Below are positions 47,442 through 57,232 of a DNA stretch of 64,000 nucleotides, in pieces. The stretch covers positions 11,268 to 75,267 of the forward strand of contig CANKZI010000006.1 of NCBI GenBank assembly GCA_947488595.1, given 5' to 3'. A program made the translations under genes and the position numbers. Position 1 is the stretch's first letter, and every line of letters starts with the position of its first letter. The notes under the pieces are model-generated. The model saw only the letters and a program-made list of their open reading frames with translations, did no database searches and was not told the DNA's origin. The stretch comes from Flavobacteriaceae bacterium. Its GTDB lineage: Bacteria; Bacteroidota; Bacteroidia; Flavobacteriales; Flavobacteriaceae.

Positions 47442-48266
47442 TTATTTGTGAATATTTTTTGGCTTCTGAAACGGAATCATCAGCAAGTTTTTTAAGTCAT
47501 TGTGCTCCTTTTCATTGTGATGTGTGTCGATACCATAAACGATTTCTTTTCTATCGAGATAAGAAAAAGTGCCAAAAAGCCTGTCCCAAACCGAAAAAAT
47601 ATTACCATAATTAGAATCGGTATAAGGCAATAAATAGTGATGGTGCACTTTGTGCATATCTGGTGAAACTAAAAAATAACTCAACAACCAATCTATCTTT
47701 TTTGGTAATGCGATGTTGGCATGATTGAGTTGCGAACACACTACGGACAACGATTGGTACAAAAATACCATCCACATAGGGCAACCTAATGCAAAAACGC
47801 CGAAGGTTGTAAAGACAAAGCGAATTACACTTTCGCCTGGATGGTGACGATTGGCCGAAGTGGTATCAATCCACGTATCGGTATGATGAATTAAATGAAA
47901 ACGCCAAAACAATTTTATTTTATGCTCAGAAAGATGCGCCAGATAGGCACCAATGAGGTCAAGAAGCAAAAGTCCTATTAAGGTATAAATCCAAAGAGGC
48001 ATTTTTGGTAGCAGTTGAAGTAGTCCAAAATCATTGGTTGTAGTCCAGTTGGCCGCCATCAGCAGTACAAATGCCATTAAAAAATTAACGATAATAGTAG
48101 TTAAGGTAAAAAATATATTAATTCCTGCATGGTTCCATTTTCTATAATTAAAATCAACCATGGGTTGTACGCTTTCTAATAACCAGAAAAAAGCAATTCC
48201 GCCTGCAAGTATTAATCCGCGATGCAACGATGATATAGATGAAAAATAATCGATGATGGTTTCCAT
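47442..48266 (-). CDS. sterol desaturase / fatty acid hydroxylase family membrane protein
   Basis: Histidine boxes HLSEH, HLIHHTD and HKVHHH. Confidence 0.85.
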   Translation of the reverse strand: METIIDYFSSISSLHRGLILAGGIAFFWLLESVQPMVDFNYRKWNHAGINIFFTLTTIIVNFLMAFVLLMAANWTTTNDFGLLQLLPKMPLWIYTLIGLLLLDLIGAYLAHLSEHKIKLFWRFHLIHHTDTWIDTTSANRHHPGESVIRFVFTTFGVFALGCPMWMVFLYQSLSVVCSQLNHANIALPKKIDWLLSYFLVSPDMHKVHHHYLLPYTDSNYGNIFSVWDRLFGTFSYLDRKEIVYGIDTHHNEKEHNDLKNLLMIPFQKPKNIHK

Positions 48267-48305
48267 TTGTTATAAATTTATTCCAAATGTAATTAAATGG
48301 TTAAA

Positions 48306-48914
48306 TTATTTAATACTTCGAAAGGTCAGATTAATTCTTTTTTCAATTTTTTTTGTAGTTTTTGGAATTTGATGTTTCCAAAAGTGTTGTGTTGTACCTT
48401 TCATAAGCAACAAACTTCCGTGTTCAAGTATTATTTTTATTTTTTGATTTTTGTCGGTATTGTGTTGCAAATTAAAAACGCGTGCTGCTCCAAAACTCAC
48501 AGATGCAATTACAGGATTTCTGCCCAATTCTTTTTCATTATCTGCGTGCCAACCATTGCTGTCTTTGCCGTTGCGGTACTGGTTTAACAAAACGGTAGTA
48601 AAATTTTCTTCACAAACCGCTGCAATACTTTCTTTAATATAAGTTAAAACTGGATTCCACGGGTGTGGATGCATCACAATATTAGAATAACCATAAGGTT
48701 TTCCTTCATTTCCAAACAAAGCGGTCAATCGTGGTTGTGGATGACTTTTACCAAAAACGGTTATATTGTCTTGTTGCCACGGAATTTTTTCAAGTAAAAC
48801 AACAAATAACTCATCTGCTTTTGTTGCCGAAAAAAAATGCGGATAATATAAAATTGTTGCATCTGGAACATCAAATACAATTGGTGTTAGGTCATTTTCG
48901 AATAATGATATCAT
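48306..48914 (-). CDS. alkB: alpha-ketoglutarate/Fe(II)-dependent dioxygenase AlkB
   Basis: WHADNE (HxD), a distal H, and RINLTFR, which are 2OG-binding motifs of AlkB. Confidence 0.88.
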   Translation of the reverse strand: MISLFENDLTPIVFDVPDATILYYPHFFSATKADELFVVLLEKIPWQQDNITVFGKSHPQPRLTALFGNEGKPYGYSNIVMHPHPWNPVLTYIKESIAAVCEENFTTVLLNQYRNGKDSNGWHADNEKELGRNPVIASVSFGAARVFNLQHNTDKNQKIKIILEHGSLLLMKGTTQHFWKHQIPKTTKKIEKRINLTFRSIK

Positions 48915-48942
48915 TTCAAGAATATAAATAAGCCCATAAAAT

Positions 48943-49257
48943 TTAAACTATTTGCAGTGGCAATCGCAATATTAATAACCACTTTAGCAAATCAAAACTC
49001 ACGATTTTATTGGTCAGCATATAACAGTTGGCGGGCAAAATTAATAAAGCCATTATTCCCTGAGCACAATGACCAGAAATCGCAGGTATAGACAAAGCAA
49101 TTCCGAGTATTATTTCGGCAATCCCGTTGGCATAATTGATCAATTTTGGCATCGGAATTGCGTTTGGAATGATCTTTAAGTACATCCTAGGATTTACAAA
49201 GTGATTGCTTCCGGCTAAAATATAAAGAAACGCCATTAAGTACAAATGCCAAGTCAA
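48943..49257 (-). CDS. small DoxX-like membrane protein (putative)
   Basis: 104 aa with 3-4 hydrophobic helices. The family assignment is tentative. Confidence 0.45.
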   Translation of the reverse strand: MTWHLYLMAFLYILAGSNHFVNPRMYLKIIPNAIPMPKLINYANGIAEIILGIALSIPAISGHCAQGIMALLILPANCYMLTNKIVSFDLLKWLLILRLPLQIV

Positions 49258-49272
49258 AGTAATAATTGATTT

Positions 49273-50214
49273 TTATTTAATTGAAGGTACAATATTATTT
49301 GGTTGTTTTTTATGCCAATTGATATTCATGATTACGATGGCTAAAATGATGAGTACAATTCCAATCCATTGTACTAAAATGACCTGTTCGTGCAATAAAA
49401 AATAGGCCATTAGCACAGAAACAGGAAGTTCTAACGAAGCCACGATGCTTCCTAATCCGATTCCTGTGAGCGGAAAACCAGTATTGAGTAACATGGGCGG
49501 AATTACGGTGCCAAAAAGAGCTAAAAGAATGCCCCATTTATAAAAAATGTCAAAATTAAATGGTGTTTTTTGTGTGATTAAAGCAAAAAGAAATACAACA
49601 ATAGCGCCACCCAAAAGCATGTAAAGACTGCGTTGTGCCGAAGAGATATTGATCGCTATACTATTGGCAGTGAACATTGTAGTTGTAAATGAAGCTGCTG
49701 CCATAATTCCTAATACAAGGCCACGCCAATCGAGTTGGGTTTTAGTTTGAAAAACATTAGTAGCCATAATTGTGCCCAATAAAACAATGGCAACAGCTAT
49801 TAGTTTTAGATTTGAAGGTCGTTTTTTTTCGAGAAACACTTCTAGTATTACACCCATCCAAACAGTTTGCATTAACAATACAATTCCAATCGAAACAGGA
49901 ATGTAGCGTACTGCCAAATAATAAAAAATACTCGTGAAGCCTGTTGAAGTTCCGGCAATCATCAGCTGTTTGATATTGGTTTTAGAAGCTTTCGTAACGA
50001 TGTTACCTTTTTTAATCTTTTGAACAGTAATAATAAATAGTACGAAGATAATCCCCAATAAAAATTGTGCGGTAATGACTTCGGCTGGCGTATATGCGTT
50101 GCCGCTGCTGCCAAAATTGTTGTACGCCATTTTTACAAAAGTGGCCAACATACCATAACTCGTGGCGCCAAGACCTACTAAAAAAACTCCTTTTAAGACT
50201 TTGTTCATTTTCAT
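49273..50214 (-). CDS. DMT (EamA-type) superfamily transporter
   Basis: Ten-TM duplicated EamA topology. The ATG at 50214 (MKMNKVLKG) is preferred. Confidence 0.8.
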   Translation of the reverse strand: MKMNKVLKGVFLVGLGATSYGMLATFVKMAYNNFGSSGNAYTPAEVITAQFLLGIIFVLFIITVQKIKKGNIVTKASKTNIKQLMIAGTSTGFTSIFYYLAVRYIPVSIGIVLLMQTVWMGVILEVFLEKKRPSNLKLIAVAIVLLGTIMATNVFQTKTQLDWRGLVLGIMAAASFTTTMFTANSIAINISSAQRSLYMLLGGAIVVFLFALITQKTPFNFDIFYKWGILLALFGTVIPPMLLNTGFPLTGIGLGSIVASLELPVSVLMAYFLLHEQVILVQWIGIVLIILAIVIMNINWHKKQPNNIVPSIK

Positions 50215-50381
50215 TTTAAAAGCGTGCAAATATAGTTCCAATGTAGTGTTTTTGGTTTGAAATAAATCGTTCTAAGAAAATAATCTTGTTTATAATTTGG
50301 GAAAATTATTTGTGTTTACTTTATGACTGACTATTTAGCAATTTTTAATAAGAAAAATAGGAATTTATATATAAATTATTA

Positions 50382-50389
50382 TAATTTTG
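50382..50389 (+). promoter_or_regulatory. candidate -7 promoter box (TAATTTTG) for the glycan locus
   Basis: Matches TAnnTTTG, ~88 nt upstream of the wzm ATG at 50477. Confidence 0.3.
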
Positions 50390-50476
50390 ACTCAGCTAAA
50401 ATTAATCTCATATTTAATTATAATTTGTGTTTTTTGTTAAAAAAGCAAAAGATTTTTAAACAAACCAAAAAATCAA

Positions 50477-51340
50477 ATGAATCAAAATACCAATCAGGAA
50501 TGGTTGTTTGAAATTAAACCAAAAGATAAGTTTTTCAAACTTCATCTTAAAGAAGTTTGGCTATACAGAGATTTACTAATGTTGTTTGTAAAACGTGATG
50601 TTGTAACCTTGTATAAGCAAACTGTTTTAGGACCATTATGGTATCTGATTCAACCACTATTTACATCCGTTATTTTTACAATTATTTTCAATAATATTGC
50701 GGGAATTCAAACAGGAACTATACCTCCCTTTTTATTTAATTTAGCTAGTATAACTGCTTGGAATTATTTTGCAACTTGTTTGACTTCAACCTCTGATACA
50801 TTTAAAACCAATGCCAGTTTATTTGGTAAAGTTTATTTTCCTAGAATTATTATGCCACTTTCAATTGTGATTTCTAATTTAATCAAATTTGGACTTCAAA
50901 TACTTATTTTTATTGGATTTTATATTTATTATCTTTCTATCGGAGAAGATATTAGTCCCAACCGTATGATTATATTGTTTCCTTTGATTATTGCAATTAT
51001 GGGATTTTTGGGCTTAGGGATCGGAATGATTATATCGTCGATGGTTACTAAATACAGAGATTTGACTTTTTTGATCACCTTCGGAATTCAACTTTTGATG
51101 TATGTATCTGCTGTAAATTATCCTATTGATTTGATCAAACAAAAAATGCCAAATTATTCGTGGATTGTCGATTATAATCCAGTGGCTTACATAATAGAGT
51201 TTTCACGATACATGCTTTTGAATACGGGAAGTTTTTCGATAAGCGCCTTATTATACACTTTGGCAGTAACCATAATAATATTTATGTTTGGACTTTTAAT
51301 TTTTAATAAAACCGAAAAAAGTTTTATTGATACTGTATAA
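50477..51340 (+). CDS. wzm: ABC-2 type polysaccharide export permease (Wzm/TagG-like)
   Basis: Six-TM ABC-2 permease pattern, immediately upstream of a Wzt-type ATPase. Confidence 0.85.
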   Translation: MNQNTNQEWLFEIKPKDKFFKLHLKEVWLYRDLLMLFVKRDVVTLYKQTVLGPLWYLIQPLFTSVIFTIIFNNIAGIQTGTIPPFLFNLASITAWNYFATCLTSTSDTFKTNASLFGKVYFPRIIMPLSIVISNLIKFGLQILIFIGFYIYYLSIGEDISPNRMIILFPLIIAIMGFLGLGIGMIISSMVTKYRDLTFLITFGIQLLMYVSAVNYPIDLIKQKMPNYSWIVDYNPVAYIIEFSRYMLLNTGSFSISALLYTLAVTIIIFMFGLLIFNKTEKSFIDTV

Positions 51341-51375
51341 ATCAGATATTTAGTTAATATATAAATAGAAACCAA

Positions 51376-52644
51376 TTGCATTCAGAAACCATTTTATCTG
51401 TCGAAAACATATCCAAACAGTACCGTTTAGGACAAGTAGGAACTGGAACTATCAGTCATGATTTGAACCGTTGGTGGTCTAAAATTAGAGGAAAAGAAGA
51501 TCCTTATCTCAAAGTTGGCGATGTCAATGACCGAAGTACAAAAGCCGAAAGCGATTATGTTTGGGCCTTAAAAGACATCAACTTTGAAGTCAAACGTGGA
51601 GAAGTACTTGGAATTATTGGCAAAAATGGTGCAGGAAAATCAACTTTGCTAAAAATTTTATCCAAAGTAACGGCACCAACTACTGGAACTATTAAATCAA
51701 AAGGACGAATTGCTTCATTGCTGGAAGTAGGCACAGGTTTTCATCCTGAATTGACTGGTCGTGAAAATATTTATCTCAATGGCGCCATTTTAGGAATGAC
51801 CAAAAAGGAAATTGCTTCAAAAATTGATGCCATTATCGAGTTTAGTGGTTGTGAACGTTATATCGATACACCGACAAAACGTTACAGTAGCGGAATGACC
51901 GTTAGACTTGCTTTTGCAGTAGCCGCTTTTTTGGAGCCCGAAATATTGATTGTTGATGAAGTACTCGCCGTTGGCGATGCCGAATTTCAAAAAAAAGCAT
52001 TGGGAAAAATGCAAGACATATCCCAACAAGGTGGACGAACCGTTTTGTTTGTGAGTCATAATATGGCGGCGGTAAAGAGTTTGTGTACGAGGGGTTTGTT
52101 AATCGAAAATGGAAATATTGTTGACAGTGGCGCAATTGACGATATGATTTCACAATATTTAGATTCGGGAAAAAAGAATTCGATTTATCATGAAAATACA
52201 CTTTATGATTTGCAAGAATTTTCATTATTAAACACGCAATCTGTAAAAGTTAAAAGCATTTCAAATGGTGAAGATTTTTGTATTGCCGTAAAGTTGAAAA
52301 TAAAAGAAGATAATCCAGATATTGGTTTTTGTATTGCATTGTATAATGACCGAAATGAACTGATTACCGCAATAAACACCTATCATGTTAACGAAGAAAT
52401 CCAAGCTTTAAGAGCGGGAGTATATAATTTCTATATTAAAATCGACAAGTATATTCTTAACACGGGCATATACAGTATTAATTTTCACATTAATGACTCA
52501 CAAGGCAAGCTTTTTAATCTTATTGAGGATGTACTAAGAATGAATGTTTACGATAATGGAGTAAGAAGAGGAAATAAATATAGCGGTGATTGGCCAGGAA
52601 AAGTTAGTCTTGTACCCAAAATAGAGATTTATGAAAATAATTAA
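51376..52644 (+). CDS. wzt: polysaccharide ABC exporter ATP-binding protein (Wzt/TagH-like) with C-terminal extra domain
   Basis: Walker A GKNGAGKST, signature YSSGM and Walker B ILIVDEVLAVGD, plus a ~160-aa C-terminal beta-rich domain. TTG start. Confidence 0.88.
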   Translation: MHSETILSVENISKQYRLGQVGTGTISHDLNRWWSKIRGKEDPYLKVGDVNDRSTKAESDYVWALKDINFEVKRGEVLGIIGKNGAGKSTLLKILSKVTAPTTGTIKSKGRIASLLEVGTGFHPELTGRENIYLNGAILGMTKKEIASKIDAIIEFSGCERYIDTPTKRYSSGMTVRLAFAVAAFLEPEILIVDEVLAVGDAEFQKKALGKMQDISQQGGRTVLFVSHNMAAVKSLCTRGLLIENGNIVDSGAIDDMISQYLDSGKKNSIYHENTLYDLQEFSLLNTQSVKVKSISNGEDFCIAVKLKIKEDNPDIGFCIALYNDRNELITAINTYHVNEEIQALRAGVYNFYIKIDKYILNTGIYSINFHINDSQGKLFNLIEDVLRMNVYDNGVRRGNKYSGDWPGKVSLVPKIEIYENN

Positions 52645-53356
52645 AAAAAAACTACCAAACAAAAATGACCTCATTTCTTTAATAGGAAATCAAATATATA
52701 CAGGTCCGTTTTCTGGATTAAAAATACCCGAAATTGTCCAGAATATTTTGACTACAAGTGAAATTTTAGGTCTATATGAATCATGCTTACATCCAAATAT
52801 TGAAACGCTAATAAGCAAAGAAGTAAAGACAGTTGTGATGGTCGGAGGCAATAATGGTTATTATTCTGCCGGATTGAGTTATATCTTGGCCCCCGAAATG
52901 ATTTACATTTATGAAAGTCTTACTCACCTTCATCCAGTAATTGAATCATGGTACACTAAAAATGAATTGAAAAATTATTCAATTAGAGGAGAAGCTACCT
53001 TAGAAAATTTTTCTGCATTTAAGGAAGTTGACTTTCTTTTTATGGATTGTGAAGGATTTGAAGTGAATCTTCTAGATCCCGAATTGTATCCTTGGCAAAA
53101 AAACTGTAATATCTTATTTGAGATGCATCAATTTTTTATTGATAAATTGCTTTCTAAAATATCCGAAAGATTCAGAAATTCACATAGTATTGAAATTATT
53201 TATGATGATTTTAACGAGGATACAAAAGTCGATAAATTACTGCATGGGTTCAAGCTTGACATTAATTATAATAGACATCCAACCCACAGATGGATTATGA
53301 AAGAAGGAAAAAAAGTTTTTACCAGTGGCATGTTTATGTCATTAACCAAGAAATAA
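52631..53356 (+). CDS. FkbM-like methyltransferase (putative)
   Basis: VVMVGGNNGYYS and FLFMDCEGFE resemble the FkbM-family G-x-G and D-x-E-G-x-E motifs. Overlaps wzt by 14 nt. Confidence 0.5.
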   Translation: MKIIKKKLPNKNDLISLIGNQIYTGPFSGLKIPEIVQNILTTSEILGLYESCLHPNIETLISKEVKTVVMVGGNNGYYSAGLSYILAPEMIYIYESLTHLHPVIESWYTKNELKNYSIRGEATLENFSAFKEVDFLFMDCEGFEVNLLDPELYPWQKNCNILFEMHQFFIDKLLSKISERFRNSHSIEIIYDDFNEDTKVDKLLHGFKLDINYNRHPTHRWIMKEGKKVFTSGMFMSLTKK

Positions 53357-53357
53357 A

Positions 53358-54128
53358 ATGATTCCAAAAATTATTCATTATTGTTGGTTTGGCGGTGCAA
53401 AAAAATCCGAATTTATTATTGACTGTATTGCATCATGGAAAGTACATCTGAAAGAATACAAAATTATAGAATGGAATGAAAACAATTTCGATTTAGAGAC
53501 CAACATTTTTGTCAAGGAAGCGTATGCGAATAAAAAATGGGCATTCGTTTCCGACTATGTTCGGGCGCATGCATTATATAATTTTGGCGGAATTTATCTC
53601 GATACCGATGTTGAAGTAAAACAGAGTTTTGATGTTTTTCTTTCGCATGGTGCTTTTTCAGGATTTGAAGAAAAGGGATTTCCATTTACAGCGGTTTGGG
53701 GTGCTGAAAAAAATCACACTTGGCCCAAAATGGTATTGGATTACTACAACAGTAAAAACGGTTTTGAGCAAATTACAAATACAAAAATTGTTACTTCTTT
53801 ATTAATTGACAGTTATGGAGTCGATAGTCAGTCTGATTCTTTGCAACTTCTAAAGGAGCGCGTTTGCATCTATCCATCTCATTTCTTTTGCCTCAAACTA
53901 GAACAAAATTTTGCAATCCATCATTTTTCGGGCTCATGGATTGATGAAACGGATGTGAATTATTCGGATAAACTTCTCAAAAAATATTATAAAAATAAAT
54001 TTTTGCAATCAAATGATAGTGCACAAATATTGGAAAATCTATATTCAGACAAATTGATTACAGTTAAAGATTTATTGCATTTTATATTTAAAAAGGGAAT
54101 AAATAAAGTTTTGACATGGAAAATTTAA
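53358..54128 (+). CDS. GT32-type glycosyltransferase (DXD sugar-binding region)
   Basis: IPKIIHYCWFGG N-terminus and the IYLDTDVEV DXD motif. Confidence 0.8.
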   Translation: MIPKIIHYCWFGGAKKSEFIIDCIASWKVHLKEYKIIEWNENNFDLETNIFVKEAYANKKWAFVSDYVRAHALYNFGGIYLDTDVEVKQSFDVFLSHGAFSGFEEKGFPFTAVWGAEKNHTWPKMVLDYYNSKNGFEQITNTKIVTSLLIDSYGVDSQSDSLQLLKERVCIYPSHFFCLKLEQNFAIHHFSGSWIDETDVNYSDKLLKKYYKNKFLQSNDSAQILENLYSDKLITVKDLLHFIFKKGINKVLTWKI

Positions 54129-54958
54129 TTACTGTTGTCATACCGTGTTATAATCATGCTTTATTTTTGGGTGATGCAATACAATCTATCATTGATCAGA
54201 CCTATCAGAATTTTGAATGCCTAATTATTAATGACGGAAGTACAGACAATACCGAAGAAGTTGTAACAGAATGGATAAGTAAAGATTCCCGTGTTCATTA
54301 TTACAAAAAAGAAAATGGCGGGTTATCTAGTGCAAGAAATTATGGAATTAACTTAAGTGCCAGCGAGTATATTGTAACTTTGGATGCTGATGACAAGTAT
54401 GAAAAAACTTTCTTAGAAAAGGGAATTGCAATACTGTTAAAAAATAACGCGATTGGCATTGTAAGTAGCTGGGGAATTCGATTTAGTGAAAATAACCAAT
54501 ATGGAATTTTCAAGCCAAGAGGTAAAAGATTGAACGATTTTCTTTTCCGTAACGAAGCTATCGGAACTTCAATGTTCAGAAAGAAGTGCTGGATTGAAGT
54601 TGGAGGTTATGACGAGACGATGAAGTTGGGATACGAAGATTGGGAATTCTACATTAGTGTTACAAAATTAGGTTATGGAGTACACATTATTCCTGAAATA
54701 TTATTTTATTACAGACAACACGTTGTTTCCATGAGAATCGAAGCGATAAATAAATATGATTTAGAAATAAAAAAGTATGTTTTTATTAAACATAAACAGC
54801 TGTATGTTGAATATTATCCAGAATTAATAACCAATTTTTTGGCAGTAATTGATCACGAAAGAAGCAACGTTGCAAAATTGCGGGCAAGTATAGAATTCTC
54901 AGTAGGTTTTCTATTAATCAAACCTTTTCGGTTCGTCAAAAAAATAATAAAAAAATAG
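54116..54958 (+). CDS. family 2 glycosyltransferase
   Basis: VVIPCYNH...IINDGSTDNT...LDADD, the GT-A/GT2 signature. Confidence 0.88.
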   Translation: MENLITVVIPCYNHALFLGDAIQSIIDQTYQNFECLIINDGSTDNTEEVVTEWISKDSRVHYYKKENGGLSSARNYGINLSASEYIVTLDADDKYEKTFLEKGIAILLKNNAIGIVSSWGIRFSENNQYGIFKPRGKRLNDFLFRNEAIGTSMFRKKCWIEVGGYDETMKLGYEDWEFYISVTKLGYGVHIIPEILFYYRQHVVSMRIEAINKYDLEIKKYVFIKHKQLYVEYYPELITNFLAVIDHERSNVAKLRASIEFSVGFLLIKPFRFVKKIIKK

Positions 54959-55903
54959 ATGCCGAGTCCTCAAGTTTCCATAATCATGGCTACTTACAAT
55001 CGCTCCCATTTTATAGGTGAAGCGCTTAAATCGATTATGCAACAAACTTTTATAAATTTTGAATGCCTTATTATTGACGATGGCAGCACAGACAATTCTG
55101 AAACTGTAATCAGATCGATAATTAAAGAAGATGCGAGGTTCAAATACTATTTAAGAAATGAAAATTATAGTAAAGGGCTTCCGGGTGCAAGAAACTTTGG
55201 ACTTGATTACGCTGCCGGTAAATACATCATATTTTTTGATGATGACGATGTAATTCATCCAAATAATTTGGAAATAGGTTTGCAAGCTTTTTCACAATAT
55301 GAAACAGATTTTGTGCATTACCAAAAATTATCTTTTAATGAAACCATCAATATACCACTTGATAAACAGGTTTTAAAGTATAAGCAGAACCTGTCAAGTC
55401 GAAATATTGAAGCCGTCGTTAAAAATGAAATAGGTCTCGCATCTTGCACAGTATTGTGGAATAGCAAATGTTTTCATGAAATTCGCTTTAATGAAACACT
55501 TCACTATGCTGAAGAATGGGAATGCTATATCAGAATACTTCTTAATGGGCACAGAGGAATAATTATAGAGAATATTTTATATTTTAACAGAAAACACAAT
55601 CAATCAAATACTTATAATTTCCATAGCCATAATCCTGAAAAAAAATTCTCAAATAATCACGCAATACAATTGGTTTTACAGCAAATTAAAGAGAAAAAAT
55701 TACTTACATATTCATTAAAAAGACACTTTGTATTTTTGGCTCTTATGTACAAAGAATATGACCTTTTTTCGAAATCAATGCAATTGATGAATTTATCTGA
55801 TAAAGAAAAATTACTGTGGTATTTTTTTTATAGTACTTTACCGTTGCGTTTAACGTTCACTAGATTTCGTAAAAAAATTAAAGTATATAAATTTCTATTT
55901 TGA
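54959..55903 (+). CDS. family 2 glycosyltransferase
   Basis: SIIMATYNR...IIDDGSTDNS...FFDDDD, the GT2 signature. Confidence 0.88.
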   Translation: MPSPQVSIIMATYNRSHFIGEALKSIMQQTFINFECLIIDDGSTDNSETVIRSIIKEDARFKYYLRNENYSKGLPGARNFGLDYAAGKYIIFFDDDDVIHPNNLEIGLQAFSQYETDFVHYQKLSFNETINIPLDKQVLKYKQNLSSRNIEAVVKNEIGLASCTVLWNSKCFHEIRFNETLHYAEEWECYIRILLNGHRGIIIENILYFNRKHNQSNTYNFHSHNPEKKFSNNHAIQLVLQQIKEKKLLTYSLKRHFVFLALMYKEYDLFSKSMQLMNLSDKEKLLWYFFYSTLPLRLTFTRFRKKIKVYKFLF

Positions 55904-55964
55904 AAAGAACAATTCCTTTTCATTATACAATTCAAAAAATAGATCATATAATTACTATTAACAA

Positions 55965-57227
55965 TTGAAAAATAGTCGCAAAATATTAGTCGTAGTCGAT
56001 TCCATCAATGTCGAAGACAGCAGCGGTTCCAAAGCCAATGTGGCCATAATCAACAATTTGGTTGTAGCCGGTTTCGAAGTTTTGGTGTACCATTATACTT
56101 TAAGAAATATCCAATTAAAAGGTGCAACTTGTTTTGCGATTCCCGAAAAAAAATGGAATCTTAACTATATTTTGAGCCGAACACAAAGGGTTTTGATTCG
56201 GAATTTAAAAATTGAATTGTCGTATTTTTTTGAAAGTAAACTTGGTTTTTCGTTCACGTTTTTTAATGACACCAATAGTATTTTTAAAGCATTAAAAAAA
56301 TGTGATTTTCATCCCGATTTGGTGATAACTTTGAGCAAAGGCGGAAGCTTTCGACCACATTATGCCCTTTTGAATTTGCCTGAATGGCATGACAAATGGA
56401 TGGCTTATGTGCATGATCCTTATCCATTTCATTATTACCCAAGACCTTACAATTGGGTCGAAGTGAGCCATCAATTTAAAGAAAGATTTTTCTTAAAAGT
56501 TTCAGAAAAGGCAAAATACAGTGCGTTTCCAAGTCAATTATTAGCAGAATGGATGGGCAGTTATTTTCCGAATTTTCTAAAAACGGCAGTAATTATACCG
56601 CATCAAAATGCCCAATACGAAAAGCAAAATTTACATGAGTTTATTTTCCCAGAGTATTTTGATAACACGAAATTCAATTTGCTACATGCCGGAAATTTGA
56701 TGAAGCAGCGTTCCCCCGAAGGTCTAATAGAAGGATTCAAACTGTTTCTAGAACAACACCCTCAAGCAAAAAAAGAATCAAAATTAGTACTTTTGGGTTC
56801 GGCAGAGTATCATACAGAAATGTTGAAAAAATACCAAATCGACCATCCCGAGATCTATATTTTTAATGGCAATGTGGCTTTTGAAACTGTATATGAATTG
56901 CAAAAAAATGCAAGTGTTAATATAATACTAGAAGCTAAATCAGAAATAAGTCCGTTTCTTCCCGGAAAATTCCCGCACTGTATAGAGGCCAACAAAACAA
57001 TTTTGCTTTTATCCCCATTTTACAGCGAAACCAAAAGATTATTAGGCAAAGATTATATTTTTTGTTCAGAAGTTGATGATGTTCAAAAAATTGCTATACT
57101 TATGGAAAAAATGTATCAAATTTGGAAGCACAATCCAAAGGATTTACTTTTGAATCGTGCAGATTTAGTAAAATATTTGTCTTTTACTCATCTAAAGACA
57201 ACTATTGAGAATTTAGATTTAAAATAA
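55965..57227 (+). CDS. GT-B fold glycosyltransferase-like protein (family unassigned)
   Basis: N-terminal KILVVVDS...SGSKAN and C-terminal LLHAGNL...LVLLGS / E...E pattern resemble GT4-like enzymes. TTG start. Confidence 0.5.
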   Translation: MKNSRKILVVVDSINVEDSSGSKANVAIINNLVVAGFEVLVYHYTLRNIQLKGATCFAIPEKKWNLNYILSRTQRVLIRNLKIELSYFFESKLGFSFTFFNDTNSIFKALKKCDFHPDLVITLSKGGSFRPHYALLNLPEWHDKWMAYVHDPYPFHYYPRPYNWVEVSHQFKERFFLKVSEKAKYSAFPSQLLAEWMGSYFPNFLKTAVIIPHQNAQYEKQNLHEFIFPEYFDNTKFNLLHAGNLMKQRSPEGLIEGFKLFLEQHPQAKKESKLVLLGSAEYHTEMLKKYQIDHPEIYIFNGNVAFETVYELQKNASVNIILEAKSEISPFLPGKFPHCIEANKTILLLSPFYSETKRLLGKDYIFCSEVDDVQKIAILMEKMYQIWKHNPKDLLLNRADLVKYLSFTHLKTTIENLDLK

Positions 57228-57232
57228 ACGCT

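Noticed and set aside
50323-50511. 62-aa plus-strand ORF upstream of wzm.
   Set aside because: N/K/I/Y-rich low-complexity translation. It overlaps the wzm start and contains the predicted promoter box.
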